Of a DNA stretch of 64,000 nucleotides, positions 11,860 through 23,381 are shown piece by piece (the first letter of the stretch is position 1; every line of letters starts with the position of its first letter). Origin of the DNA: Eledone cirrhosa (taxonomy: Eukaryota); NCBI GenBank assembly GCA_964016885.1, contig OZ024745.1, positions 43,028,001-43,092,000 of the forward strand. The letters are read 5' to 3'. The notes below the pieces were generated by a model that was given only the letters and a program-made list of their open reading frames with translations, made no database searches and was not told the DNA's origin. The position numbers and the translations under genes are program-made.

Positions 11860-12168
11860 GCGCAGTGTGACAAGAAGCTTGCTTCCCGAACACATATTTC
11901 CGGGTTCAGTCCCACTGCCCAGACTGACCAAAGCCCTGTGAGTGGATTTGATAGACCGAAACTAAAAGAAGCCCGTCGTATATATGTCTGCGTGTGTCTT
12001 TGCGTTTGTGTTTGCCCTCCCACCAATGCTTGTTGGTTTGTTGACGCTCCAGCATGGGCGTAGTCCAGAGACAGAAAAAACTAAAGTATATATGTGTGTG
12101 TGTGTGTAGAAGAGGGATCTCAAACTCAAGGACACAAAAGGGCCATTACGTCCTGGAGGAGAGGCACA

Positions 12169-12227
<59 letters not shown>

Positions 12228-13596
12228 GTTGATATTTGGCGTTGTTGAAAAGAGCAGTGGCCTTTGACCTGGTAATAGAAACTGGAGTCAAAATTCTTTC
12301 TGTACCAAAACCAAGGCACAAGAGATTTGTGTGTGTATGTATATGTGTGCGTGTGTATATGTGTGTGTGTGTGCACGTTTATGTGTGTGTGTGCGCGTTT
12401 ATGTGTGTATCTATCTATGTATATATATATATATAAGGAATACAGATATTTCTTTCTTACTGTCACCAAGCTTCTCAATTCATTCATTGCTACTAAGTAT
12501 TTTATTGTGCAAGGTACTATTTTCCCCTGAGTTTGTGATTTCAGAGAAAGGTAAGAAATTTTTCATATTTTGCATCTTTTGTATTTTGACTTTACAGTTT
12601 GAATTGTAGAATTATCTATCCACTCAAAATATTACAACAGCTAACAGTGAAATTTTAAAAAAAAGAAGCTTTTTCGACTGAGATCAAATCTTTGAGAACA
12701 TTCACATCTATTTTTCAAAAATATATAATTTGAAATAGTTTGCTTTTGTTTTGAACTGAAACTTTTTTTGTATTTAATTTGTACGAGTATTTTTTAAAGA
12801 TTCTAACATAACTTGATTTGGCCCAGTAATCTACTGATATCAAAATCAGTAGTATATTGAAAAATGGAAAAATAGGGTAGGGGGACGTTTCGTGATTTTG
12901 AGGGGCAAAAGAGGGCGTTTGGCCGAATAAGGTTGAGAACCTTTGATCTAGACCATGTGCCTTCACAGTAACATCACGGTAAAAGACATGATCAATATGA
13001 ATATTGATATTAATGTTGATTTGAAGATATATGCAATGTTATTATGTTACATTTATCATCATTTCCCAACAGTTTTTTTCTGAAGAATATACATGTTATC
13101 AAAATGTACTAAACTTACTGTCTTCAAGGAATTATTCATTCTAAAACATATACAGTAACATATGAAGTACTTACACTCCTACTTACAATTCAAACGTTAT
13201 TCAAATGGTATCACAGTATCAAATGAGATATTAACTGCTGCATTTGCCTCTAATTCTCACACTCTTGCTACAACTACTACCACTGTGATGCTATTACATT
13301 TATAAAATATAGCCATCAAATATTAGCTGGATGTATCTAAGTTACCTTCGTCAGTAAAAAGAAAACCAGCAAAACCTACTTTTAATATAGCCCATCTACA
13401 AGTCAACACAACAGTTTGTACACTGTTGTTAAATTGTACAGATATATACATGTTGAGATCAAGAATTAACATCAACTTCAAAATTTTGCCACATTTTTAC
13501 CATTTTTGTTAATAACTAGTCTCTATGATATAAAAAAAAAATAACGACTAATAATTTTAAGTACTTCTTCAAGAACATTAATTTAATGTTACATAC

Positions 13597-13726
13597 CTGC
13601 ATAGATAACTTGACATTTTCGAAGAGGCCGCCTCTCCCAACAAGAAATTTGGTAAGCTTTATTTAAAGGACGACAAAAATATTGTTCTACCAATCCACTA
13701 AGGCCTTTATGTTTCACATTTAAGGA
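13597..13726 (-). CDS. EXD3: EXD3-like exon, SLNVKHKGLSGLVEQYFCRPLNKAYQISCWERRPLRKCQVIYA
   Basis: GLS.LV...L.K..Q.S.W.RRPL...Q..YA motif; donor strong, acceptor (GGAAG) weak, so the 5' boundary is uncertain. Confidence 0.88.
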
Positions 13727-14204
13727 CTTCCCAATTCAAGTGGAATTTGACGGAAATAAAAATAAACAAAAATTCACATTTATGACAAACAATTATATAT
13801 AACAGAATATTCTAAGAGAAGGTAAGTAGGAAGTTGTAATATTCATGTATTTCCCTTTCCAAAAGGCATTAGATATTTAATGTAAATGAAATAATATTTA
13901 TGATACATCGCAATTGTTTATAACTGTTTTATGTAAGTGGATAGAATAATTAGTAGTGTGACACTACAACGAAAATGAGTAATATATGCAAGATGTAGTC
14001 ACCTTAGTACATAACTCATCTAGACAATAGTGATGACGATGATGATAATTTATCAATTATTTTTTGGTTTCAAAATTTCTATCACACTGCTTGCAACCTG
14101 GTGCAACTGTGTCAGTGGCCATGTTACAAATATAGCCTTGAACATTTTGAGGCCAATAAATATATGATAAATGTAAAGTAAAGTTAACAGCCTTTGTGTG
14201 TTTT

Positions 14205-14520
14205 TTGAATGGCCAATTGTTTAAGAAGTTCTATTTGCAATAATTAGATCCTGGGTTCAATACCACTGTGAGGCATCTTGGGCAAGTGTCATTTACCATA
14301 GCCTCAGGTAGATTGAAGCTGTTTTAGAAATCTGTTAGAATGACTTCACCTGTGATTCAAAAGGCTATCCTTGTCACACACTGTGTTTTACTGAATCTCT
14401 CTGAGAATTACATTAAGACTACACATGTCTGTGGAATGTTCAGCCACTTACATGTTTATTTCATGCGCAGGCCGTTCCATTGATCGGACAGCTGGAACAC
14501 TCATCGTTGAAACTGATTTT
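14205..14520 (+). mobile_element. Older tRNA/CORE SINE family with a distinct tail
   Basis: GGGTTCAATACC B box, CTTGGGCAAGTGTC core; related copies at 38258-38560 (+), 63298-63565 (+), 27745-27890 (-). Confidence 0.65.
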
Positions 14521-15384
14521 CTATTAAATAGAATACGTACCAATCCAATATGATAGATTAAGAACACCCAGTAATAACTCTAAATGCAAAAGTATGAATT
14601 TCTAAATCTATCAAATCAAGCTGGAAGAAGAGAGGACAGGTAATGTTTGTAACATATAAAACAACAGTAATAGGCAAATGAAATATTTATCTCATTACTC
14701 AGAGATTCAGTTTTCTATAGTAAATGCTCCAAAGACACAATCAAATGTGAGTACTTTTCCATAGAGACACTGGTTCCTACTCCTGACAGCTCAGTAAAAG
14801 AAATACATCTGGACTTACCTTATCTGTCTAGCCATTTTCTTTCCACACACACACAAGTGAGAACACATTTTTTTTTATTGAACAAAGTTAATATTTTGTA
14901 AGGGAAGGGTATAGTGAATTAAATTAGTCTCAATATATTACTGGTATTTAATCATTGACACCAAAGGGAGTTAGGGAGAAAATTATATACAATACACTTA
15001 ATAATACTGTGTAACAAAAAAAATTTTTTTCTCTGTTCTTGGCTTGTAATCACTTTTTTGTGTTGCTTAGGTCCCAAATAAATAAAAAAAAGTGCTATTA
15101 AACAGTTAAAAGTTTGGGTTTGTAAAAATTCTAAGCTATTCACTCGAATTATTTGTATACTGGATTTTACATTGTATGTAAGTTTAATTTGCTTATGTTA
15201 AATGATTATTTTATATGTTTCAGGTTAAATTAAAATTATAAAATAAAGAGTAATACTTAAAGAAAATTATAAAAGTGCAATAAAGTATAAAATTGTTAAA
15301 AAGTGGATTAAAGAGATTTATTGATACTGGATTTTCGCACCCTGAATAAAGGGTTAAGTTGTGTTTTAAGCATTCGTCTCCAGG

Positions 15385-16424
15385 ATGAAGCAGTGGAACT
15401 TGGTCAAGGAGGAAGTGCAGGTGACAAGTCAGAGAAGTCAACACAAACCTTTCTCAGGCCTTTACACTCTTAGGGATGGCCTCTGCTTCTGCCATGACGT
15501 GCCTGGACTGTTTGACGTTATTGGGGTGCTGTTTGTGCCCAAGGAGTGGCGGCTATTTATAGACAGTTCCACCACAAGTTTGAAGGCTGTCCTCCTCCAC
15601 AATGGAAACAAGTTCCCGACACTGCCCCTAGCACATTCAGTCTGCCTGAAGGAAGATTACTACAGTGTGAAAGTCCTCTTGGAAGCTCTGCAATACAACC
15701 AGTACAATTGGGAAATCATTGGAGACTTCAAGATGGTGGCTTTCCTGCTTGGACTCCAAGTAGGCTTTATCAAATTCCAATGCTTCCTCTGCCTTTGGGA
15801 CAGCAGAGCCACCTCTGACCACTACAAAAGAAAGAACTGGGAGCAGCGAACAGAATTTGTAGTTGGGACCCGGAATGTCATGTGGGAGTCACTGGTTGAT
15901 CCCAGGATTGTGCTCATGCCGCCACTGCACATTAAGTTGGGGTTGATGAAGCAGTTTGTGAAGGCTCTCAACCAAGAATCAGCCACTTTTAAGTACCTTC
16001 TTGAGTTCTTCCCCAAGTTATCTGAGGCCAAAATCAAAGGTGGAATTTTTGTTGGACCTCAGATAAAGAAGGTGTTTGAGTCTAACGAGTTCTCCAATAA
16101 GCTCAATAGGATTGAGAGAACAGCATGGAACTGTTTCAAGGCAGTTGTTAAGGGCTTCCTGGGCAACTACAGAGCTGAAAACTACCAGCAACTGGTGCAG
16201 GATCTGATAAAGGCTTTTGGCGCCATGGGATGCAGGATGTCGCTTAAACTCCACATGCTGGACGCTCACCTGGAAAAATTGAAGGACAATATGGGCGCCT
16301 ACTCAGAAGAACAAGGCGAATGATTCCACCAAGATGTGAAAGAGATAGAGTGGAGGTACCAGGGCCACTACAATGAAAAAATAATGGGGGTCTATATCTG
16401 GGGGCTAGTGCGGGAATGTGACCT
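15385..16424 (+). pseudogene. Chapaev3 transposase remnant (312-aa ORF plus sequence past a nonsense codon)
   Basis: WRLFIDSS..SLKAVLLHNGN, CFLCLWDSRA, PPLHIKLGLMKQFVKAL and EEQGE*FHQD motifs; TGA at 16321-16323 stands where Arg is expected. Confidence 0.88.
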
Positions 16425-16794
16425 ACACACGACCGTGACTTCTGGCGTCACACAGTAATACAGAGTACCCGACCTCCCATGGGTACAAGCTGAAGCATAT
16501 AGACAATATGCCCCCACACCCCCCACCGCAAAGTGGTCGTGGAGGTGCCACGGCAAAAAAGCACCCAGCCCACACTGTAAAGTGGACGTGTAGGCGCCAC
16601 GAAAAAGCACCCAGCACTCACTGTAAATGAGGTTGGTGTTAGGAAGGGCATCCAGCTGTAGAAATCAAGCCAGATCAGTTCCTGTATGAGCAAGGCATGG
16701 TCAGCCGACCAGACACTGCCCACAACAGGACAACCCGTCTAACCCATGCTAGCGTGGAAGAATGGACGTAAAATGGTGATGATGATGATGATGA
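16425..16794 (+). mobile_element. RTE LINE 3' fragment inserted in the transposase C-terminus
   Basis: Matches 46303-46638; (GAT)n tail; CTACA on both sides as a possible target duplication. Confidence 0.88.
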
Positions 16795-17163
16795 CTACAA
16801 CCACAAATCGAGTCATTTCTGACATGTATAAGTTGCTTTATAAGTGTTATTTGTTTTTACTTGTTTGCTTTTGATAAGCTTGTGTAATAAAATAAATATA
16901 TACTCTGTTGATTTAATTATATGAACTGATAAATTTTAAAAAAATGTGTTTTTTCATGAAAAATATGAAAATTTCGAAATATCAAACTCCTGACCACAAA
17001 CCCAAACTTCTGATTAAATAATAGTGTTTTTTTTATAATAATGGGATATAACAAACTAGGAAATGACACTTAGAAAAAATATGTTACACGGTGTAATCAT
17101 CGGTTAATCTAATAGTCTCAATTATCTTTAATACCTTTATACATAATATATATAAAATAATAC

Positions 17164-17267
17164 CTTTTTAACTGTAGTCTGAAGATCAATGATGTTGGAA
17201 AATTCTTTAGTATCAATAAATGGGAATGTGACTGCAATTATATTTAAATCTTGTGTGAAACTATAAC
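17164..17267 (-). CDS. EXD3: EXD3-like exon with Exo II motif, GYSFTQDLNIIAVTFPFIDTKEFSNIIDLQTTVKK
   Basis: KLGY....D Exo II motif; 104 nt, phase 1->0. Confidence 0.92.
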
Positions 17268-18261
17268 CTGAAAGAAACAAAACCAAAGAAGTTAATGGTA
17301 TTATTTTCTTACAATAGGCACAGAGTCTTCAATTTATAAAGTTGAAATGAGAATGTGTTAGACACATTTCTTAAGAATATAAAACAACTGGATGTGGATT
17401 GTCGAGAACTCCTTTATTATTCATGAAATAAATTTAAAATATCATCAACTGTAACAAACAGCCAAATATAAATGACAAAATATTAGGCTGAATGAGCCAA
17501 AGAGAAAACTATGCAATTAATTGAACTGCTTCACATCTTTAAAATGAAATCCATATGCTTTAAATTCTAAATCTGAAGGCAGCGTGTCCTTATGAAGATA
17601 AGATGATGACTGATAAAACATTGATCAAATGAGTTCTTGATCAGATACCTTCAAGCCATAAGTGTATTCAAGTGTGGCTGATGAAAGATAACAATCTTTC
17701 TCCTCTCTGTCTACACTGCAGTAATTTAAATAGCAAGGAAATTTGACATGCTGTAATGGTTGACAGTTCAAACTTTCAAATCAAACAGCACCAAGACCTT
17801 GTCAAAAAACAGCCAATTGAAAGCTGATTTAGATCATATCAAAATAGATTAGAATTAAATATCTATCAAACATAATATATATATATATATGTATGAACCC
17901 ATATTTCCTGATGGTGCCGTAAGGGTACCGCCATAACATAAATGTCTTGGACCCTTAAACCTGGCAGAGCTTATCTCTTCTCCAAGTCTGAACAGCCAAT
18001 TTCTTCCAGAGAAGAGAGAGTGAGAAAGAGGAAGTAAGAAAGAGATGTAGAGGAAGGATTGACTCTGGTACTGGACTGGTACTTTTTTTTTTATCAACCT
18101 TGAAATGATGAAAGGCAAAGTTAACATCAGCAGGATTTGAGTGCAGAGAACCAGAATGAACACTGCAAAACATTCTATCTAATGTTCTAATGACTCTGTT
18201 AATTTGCTACCTATTAGACATAATAAATTGGTAAAATTTAAGAAAAAAATGATACACCTAC

Positions 18262-18398
18262 CTAATTTCACAACAGTTTTATTATTGAAGATTTTGTTAA
18301 AAAAGTATATCCACTCATCTTTTGAAACAATCTGTGCCAGTGTTATCACATCAACAATGTAGATACATTCAAGCAAGGCAAGTTGTATGAGTGCAATG
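18262..18398 (-). CDS. EXD3: EXD3-like exon, IALIQLALLECIYIVDVITLAQIVSKDEWIYFFNKIFNNKTVVKL(G)
   Basis: ALIQLA...Y..D pattern of WRN/EXD exonucleases; 137 nt, phase 2->1. Confidence 0.92.
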
Positions 18399-19568
18399 CT
18401 AAGATGGACAGAAAGAAAAAATACACATAGTGGTGTCTTTGAATTAATTTCCAAACAGTAAGCAAAAGATCATCATCATCACCATCATTTTACATCTGCT
18501 TTCCACACTGGCATAGATTTGATAGGTTGTCACAATCTGAGAGCAGACAGATCAGAGTGACCTGTCTTACTCATAGTTTCTATGGTTGGATGCTCTTCCT
18601 AATGCCAACCACCTTATAGAGTTTACTGAGTGCATTTTATCATGGCACCAACACTAGAGAGGTTGTCACATGTTCATCCAGACTGGTGGATCTTCTGATC
18701 AAATGAAAACAGAGACAGTAGAGGATTTAAGAAGACCCACTGGTCTGGACGAACATGTGACAACTTCAACCCATGCCAACATGGAAAGTCAGGCATACAT
18801 CACTCGCTTCAAAAGCATCTTAATGCTTCCTCTCACATGGTGATATGACCCCCACCCCCAACAACTTCCATCAATGCCTTCCTAGTTATAGTGCTACAAT
18901 AAAAATGTATGCAGCCCACTCTGTAAAGTGGTAGTGTTAGTGCCACAATAAAAAGAACCCAATACACCCTGCAAGGTGGTAGTGCTGGATTCACAATAAA
19001 ATGTTCTCAGTACATACTGTAAAGCAGTTGGCAATGGGAAAGGAATCCAACTGTGGAAAGTGGGTAAAAAATGGAGCAAGATGTGGTCACCTGACCAGTT
19101 GAGCCATAGTACCTAACAGCTTGTCTAACCCATTCAAGTATATAAAATAGATGTTAAACAGTGATAATTATGATTATGCAAAATATATTTTAAAAGGATG
19201 TTCTCTTTTTATTATTATTATCAATGTTGAAGAAATTTCTTAGTTAAAACAGAATAGAATTAAATTTAAAAATAAAAATTAAAGCGAATTAAGTGGTTAG
19301 AGTGAGTTTAACATAAAGTTTACCACAAAGATTATAGTTTGCTTTTAATTTAATCTAGACAAGAAAATACATATCATTTCTACCTCAAAATTTAGGGGTT
19401 ATCATTAGAAGTAATTTACTTGCACCAACAATGCATAAATTGCCAAATTATTCAGAACCTTCAGGAAAAACAAAGTTTATCAATCCCATCTAAAAATTGT
19501 CAAATTTTGAAATGCATTACATAAGAAAGTTTAAAATCTAAAATGAAGTAATGATAACTATAACTTAC

Positions 19569-19636
19569 CTGTCTCGGTTTGTCTCTGTATTAAATAAAGT
19601 CTGCCATTCTAGATCAACACCAACAATGGAACCAGG
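19569..19636 (-). CDS. EXD3: EXD3-like exon with Exo I motif, PGSIVGVDLEWQTLFNTETNRD
   Basis: VGVD.EW DEDDy Exo I motif; 68-nt exon. Confidence 0.92.
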
Positions 19637-19904
19637 CTGAAATATAATTTGCCAGTAGAATTGAATCTTTATCAACAGTTTTTTGGTAATATTATTTGGT
19701 TATATTATTTTTTTTACCATATTAACTATGATTGCAATAGAAATTAGAAATAGGTGCCATGGATATTGGTGAGGATAGGAAGGGACAGGAAAGAAATGAG
19801 GTGCTGCAGTATGTTGGATATACAATTAGGTGTGCCAGGATTCACACACACACCATCAACTGGTTTGAATGTTAAGTCCTTCCCTGGTGAAGAATGTACT
19901 ATCT

Positions 19905-20283
19905 ATTTCTATCTATTTCATTTTACGTCCGCTTTTCCCTGCTTGCAAGGGTGGGACGGGAACTGATTCTGGCTTGATTTCTACAGCTGGATGCCTTTCC
20001 TAACACCAACCTCATTTACAGTGAGTGCTGGGTGCTTTTTTTCCGTGGTGCCTACACGTCCACTTTACAGTGTGGGCTGGGTGCTTTTTTGCTGTGGCAC
20101 CTCCACGACCACTTTGCAGTGGAATGATAGGGACCCCAGTCCCTATCATCTCATTTCTACAGCTGAGTAAACTGGAGCAATGTGAAATAAAGTGTCTTGC
20201 TCAAGGAAACAACACATCACCTGAGAATTGAACTCACAACCTTTCGATTGCAAGGCCAATGCTCTAACCACTTAGCCATGTAC
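19905..20283 (-). mobile_element. tRNA/CORE SINE with RTE tail
   Basis: Near-identical to 9111-9448 and 62858-63193. Confidence 0.85.
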
Positions 20284-20797
20284 CATTCAACATAAACTTA
20301 TAATCACTAACCTCAGGAAAATAGATAGACAGAGACACAGGACAATCTGGAGAAGTTCTATTTGACATGTATGATGAGAAGGAATTAAAGGAGATAGAAA
20401 TTTATAGCATAGAGAACCAGATCTGTGGACAGAGCAATGAAGACAGAGGGTGATATGGCAGTGGAATAAAAGCTAAAACACAAGTCTAGATAGAAAAAAT
20501 GGGAAACAGGAAATGGAGGAACATAGCAAGGAGAAAAGCTTGTTCTGTAACAAGATGATCAGAACCATTCGGTGTTCTGGATTACAAATAAGGGATTACT
20601 AATTGAGGAAAATGCATGAGAGAGAGGATTAGACACATAAACCTAACAGAGAGATTAGCTATTCAAGTTGACACCTATATAGATGAAAGCAGGTTTAAGG
20701 ACATGAAGGGAAGCAAAGTAGCTGGTCCATCAGAATTAGTTGCTGAGATGCTGAATATAGGTCTCAATAGTAACAACTTAGAAGAAAATGAACTCAC

Positions 20798-20972
20798 TTG
20801 AGATAAATGTTCTATACAGTGTTGGAATTTCTCCTTATTGTTTATCATCAAAATCTTTGGTCGTGGATGAGGAAAATAATAATATGGATGGGTGGAATCT
20901 TCAACTTCGTCACTTTCTTCATCATCTGTTCTCCATAAAAGGTCATCTTTTGTAGCTTGCAGGGGTTCATTC
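20798..20972 (-). CDS. EXD3: EXD3-like exon, NEPLQATKDD...HPYYYFPHPRPKILMINNKEKFQHCIEHLSQ
   Basis: 175-nt exon, phase 2->0; YY..P motif preceding the exonuclease domain. Confidence 0.88.
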
Positions 20973-21039
20973 CTGAAAAATAAATTTCAACTGCTTTTTC
21001 AAATTAAACTTACAAACTAGTTAGTACAACTGCACAAAC

Positions 21040-21279
21040 TTAACCCTTTAGTTATCAACCCAGCTAAAACTGGCCCTGACTCTATAAAATAAAACAATCC
21101 ATTTTAAAGGTTTCCAATTTAAATTAAAATCTTCCAACATAATTTTATATAAGGACCATATATTAAATTACTATCGTATTAATGAAATAATTAATAATTC
21201 TATTAAATCCCTAAAAATTCTTCATTAATTAACTGAAATAGAGTGTATTTCATTAGAAATACTGTCATGAAAGGGTTAA
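21040..21279. mobile_element. Old TTAA-flanked piggyBac-like MITE
   Basis: TTAACCCTTT...AAAGGGTTAA ends; similar decayed copies near 28220-28573, 56600-56787, 59985-60250. Confidence 0.55.
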
Positions 21280-21618
21280 TTATAATCTATTATAGTTATT
21301 ATTGTTGAATATTTCCAATTAACTGTAATGAATTATATCAGTTAATTTAATAGTTAGGATTCAATCTATTCCTAGTATGTCCCAGGTATATATTTTATCT
21401 AAAACAAATGAAGCCAAGGTAAATATCACATCCAAAACAACAAGCAACTTGGCAAAGAGAGTTTCTTGTCAATTTTGAAAGCAGTAACAATAAAATATAA
21501 AGATTCTGTTGAATGGGAAGAGTAACATAAGAAATATGTAAGCAATTGCTGAAGGAGCATAAACAATTAAAATAAGGCATATTGCTTAATTAGGAACTAA
21601 GTAATAAGAGAAACCTAC

Positions 21619-21773
21619 AAACAACGTTGTCGTTCTTGTTGTAAATCAGCTGGCCAATCTTCATCATCAAGCTTAAAATCATTAGCAAATCTTGCAGCTT
21701 CTTCTAACATTCCTAGCAAGCAAAGTTTCTGTACCACTTTTTTCTGTGTACTTACACAACCTTCAGAAATGTA
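21619..21773 (-). CDS. EXD3: EXD3-like exon, YISEGCVSTQKKVVQKLCLLGMLEEAARFANDFKLDDEDWPADLQQERQRC
   Basis: 155-nt exon, phase 0->2, in frame. Confidence 0.85.
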
Positions 21774-22307
21774 CTTAGAAGAAAAACAAAAAACAAACAA
21801 TTAAACTTAACAAAGCAAACTATTATAATGATTAAATTGTTTTACAGATTTAATATCTTAATAATTTCTCATCTCATTTCAAAACAAAATATGTATAAAA
21901 TACAAAAATATAATGCTTCTTTCTAATGTTTGAACAATTACTTATTTTCTGTGGAGAAACATACCGTTTAACATTTTCCATTCTTGAAAAGGTTAGAAAG
22001 GTTGTCATGTTCTGAGCTCAAGTGACAAAAATATTTTTAAATAACCTTTGGTTTAAGTGTTTTCCTTCTCATTTTTAACAACTAAATTTAAACAAGTTAA
22101 ATTCATTTTCAACATGAAAATAACAGTAATTTCTTACATAGCACAAAGGAAACAATCAATTAAATTAACCCATGTACTTGTATTTTACCAACTTTGGAAG
22201 GACGAAAAGGCATTTGAACTTATAATCTAAAGAACTGGAACAAATACTGCAAGGATTGGGGGGGGGGGGTATTGTAGGGCTTTAGAATAACAAAGTTAAA
22301 AACTTAC

Positions 22308-22343
22308 CACAATCAAATCCCTCCAGTTACAATAACTCGTTTT
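22308..22343 (-). CDS. EXD3: EXD3-like exon, KTSYCNWRDLIV
   Basis: 36-nt exon; NW.D motif resembling EXD3 ENWTDHV. Confidence 0.85.
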
Positions 22344-22524
22344 CTAGAATTAAAATAATAAAATATATTTACTAAACCATAATAAAACAAATCAATTAAA
22401 ATTATCATGCAACTTGAGAAAAGGTTTATTCAGTTGGATAATTTTAGCTAAAAACAATTCAAATTAAAGAAATCATTTGAATTTAAAAAAAATAGTTAAT
22501 AACAAAGTAAAATTTTAAAATTAC

Positions 22525-22598
22525 CTTTTTGATATATAAATGTGAAACATATGAAATGAAACCCATTCTGTGTGATAATAACAAGTTGGGGCAGATAC
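22525..22598 (-). CDS. EXD3: EXD3-like exon, (G)ICPNLLLSHRMGFISYVSHLYIKK
   Basis: 74-nt exon; CPN motif as in the EXD3 N-terminal region. Confidence 0.85.
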
Positions 22599-23292
22599 CT
22601 GTAAAAAAATAATTAAAGTGATTATAAAACCCAGCCTTAATATTCATTCATTCTATATACATGCTTTTAAACCTAAAATAAAACATAATACTCCCTATGC
22701 TAATTTAGTTTGAACACCTTACATGTATTCCTATATTTGCTATTCATCCTTTAACTTCATTGGCATTAGCATATTAAAAGCTGTTTCCTGGGAGATTACT
22801 GAAACAAGTTAAACGATATGCCATAATTTGAGAAACAATCTTCAAGAAATGAAGCAACTTACTCTAAACATGGCAAACAGGAATATCCTGGAATTTAGAA
22901 TATCTTTTCTAATAATTAAAAAAAAATATTATTCCTCTCCTTCCCTTTGTCTGTTGACAAAACAGTTCATTCAAGTAGTGTAAGTGTGAGTAGCAGTAGA
23001 GCAAAACCATTGCAAAATATCATCATTATCATTTTACGTCCACTTTCCATGATGACATGGGTTTGATGGAGAGGTTGAGAGTTGAAGATTGTCTCCTTGA
23101 TATGAATACACAAACAAACTAGTGTTTATGCTTCAGACAAGATAATGACAGGTTTATGATGGATTGGGAAATGATCTAATACTGATCAGTCTGTAATTGC
23201 AACAACAACAGCCATGAAGATCATGATGATTCTAAATTACAACACTGGTAATTTTTATAAAGCAAAAACTAAAATGTAAGGTGATAACTTAC

Positions 23293-23381
23293 CTTTAGGA
23301 AATTCATACAACTTCACAATCTTACCCAACCACTTCTTAACAATATTTCGATAGTATCTACCTTGAAAACGTGAATGTCTC
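23293..23381 (-). CDS. EXD3: EXD3-like exon, RHSRFQGRYYRNIVKKWLGKIVKLYEFPK
   Basis: 89-nt exon, phase 2->1; strong TTTTCAG and GTAAG sites. Confidence 0.82.

Larger units (their letters stand above)
15005..17093 (+). mobile_element. Chapaev3-type (CMC superfamily) DNA transposon, internally deleted
   Basis: Termini TACTGTGTAACA / TGTTACACGGTG; TAA target duplication (15002-15004, 17094-17096); transposase ORF inside. Confidence 0.85.

Noticed and set aside
11748-12609. Cluster of ORFs rich in YI/CV/HT repeats
   Set aside because: Translations of (TA)n and (CA)n microsatellites
14813-14850. Possible extra EXD3 exon (ATGGCTAGACAGATAAG|GTAAGT, minus strand)
   Set aside because: Strong donor but no convincing acceptor, and its phase is not needed for frame continuity
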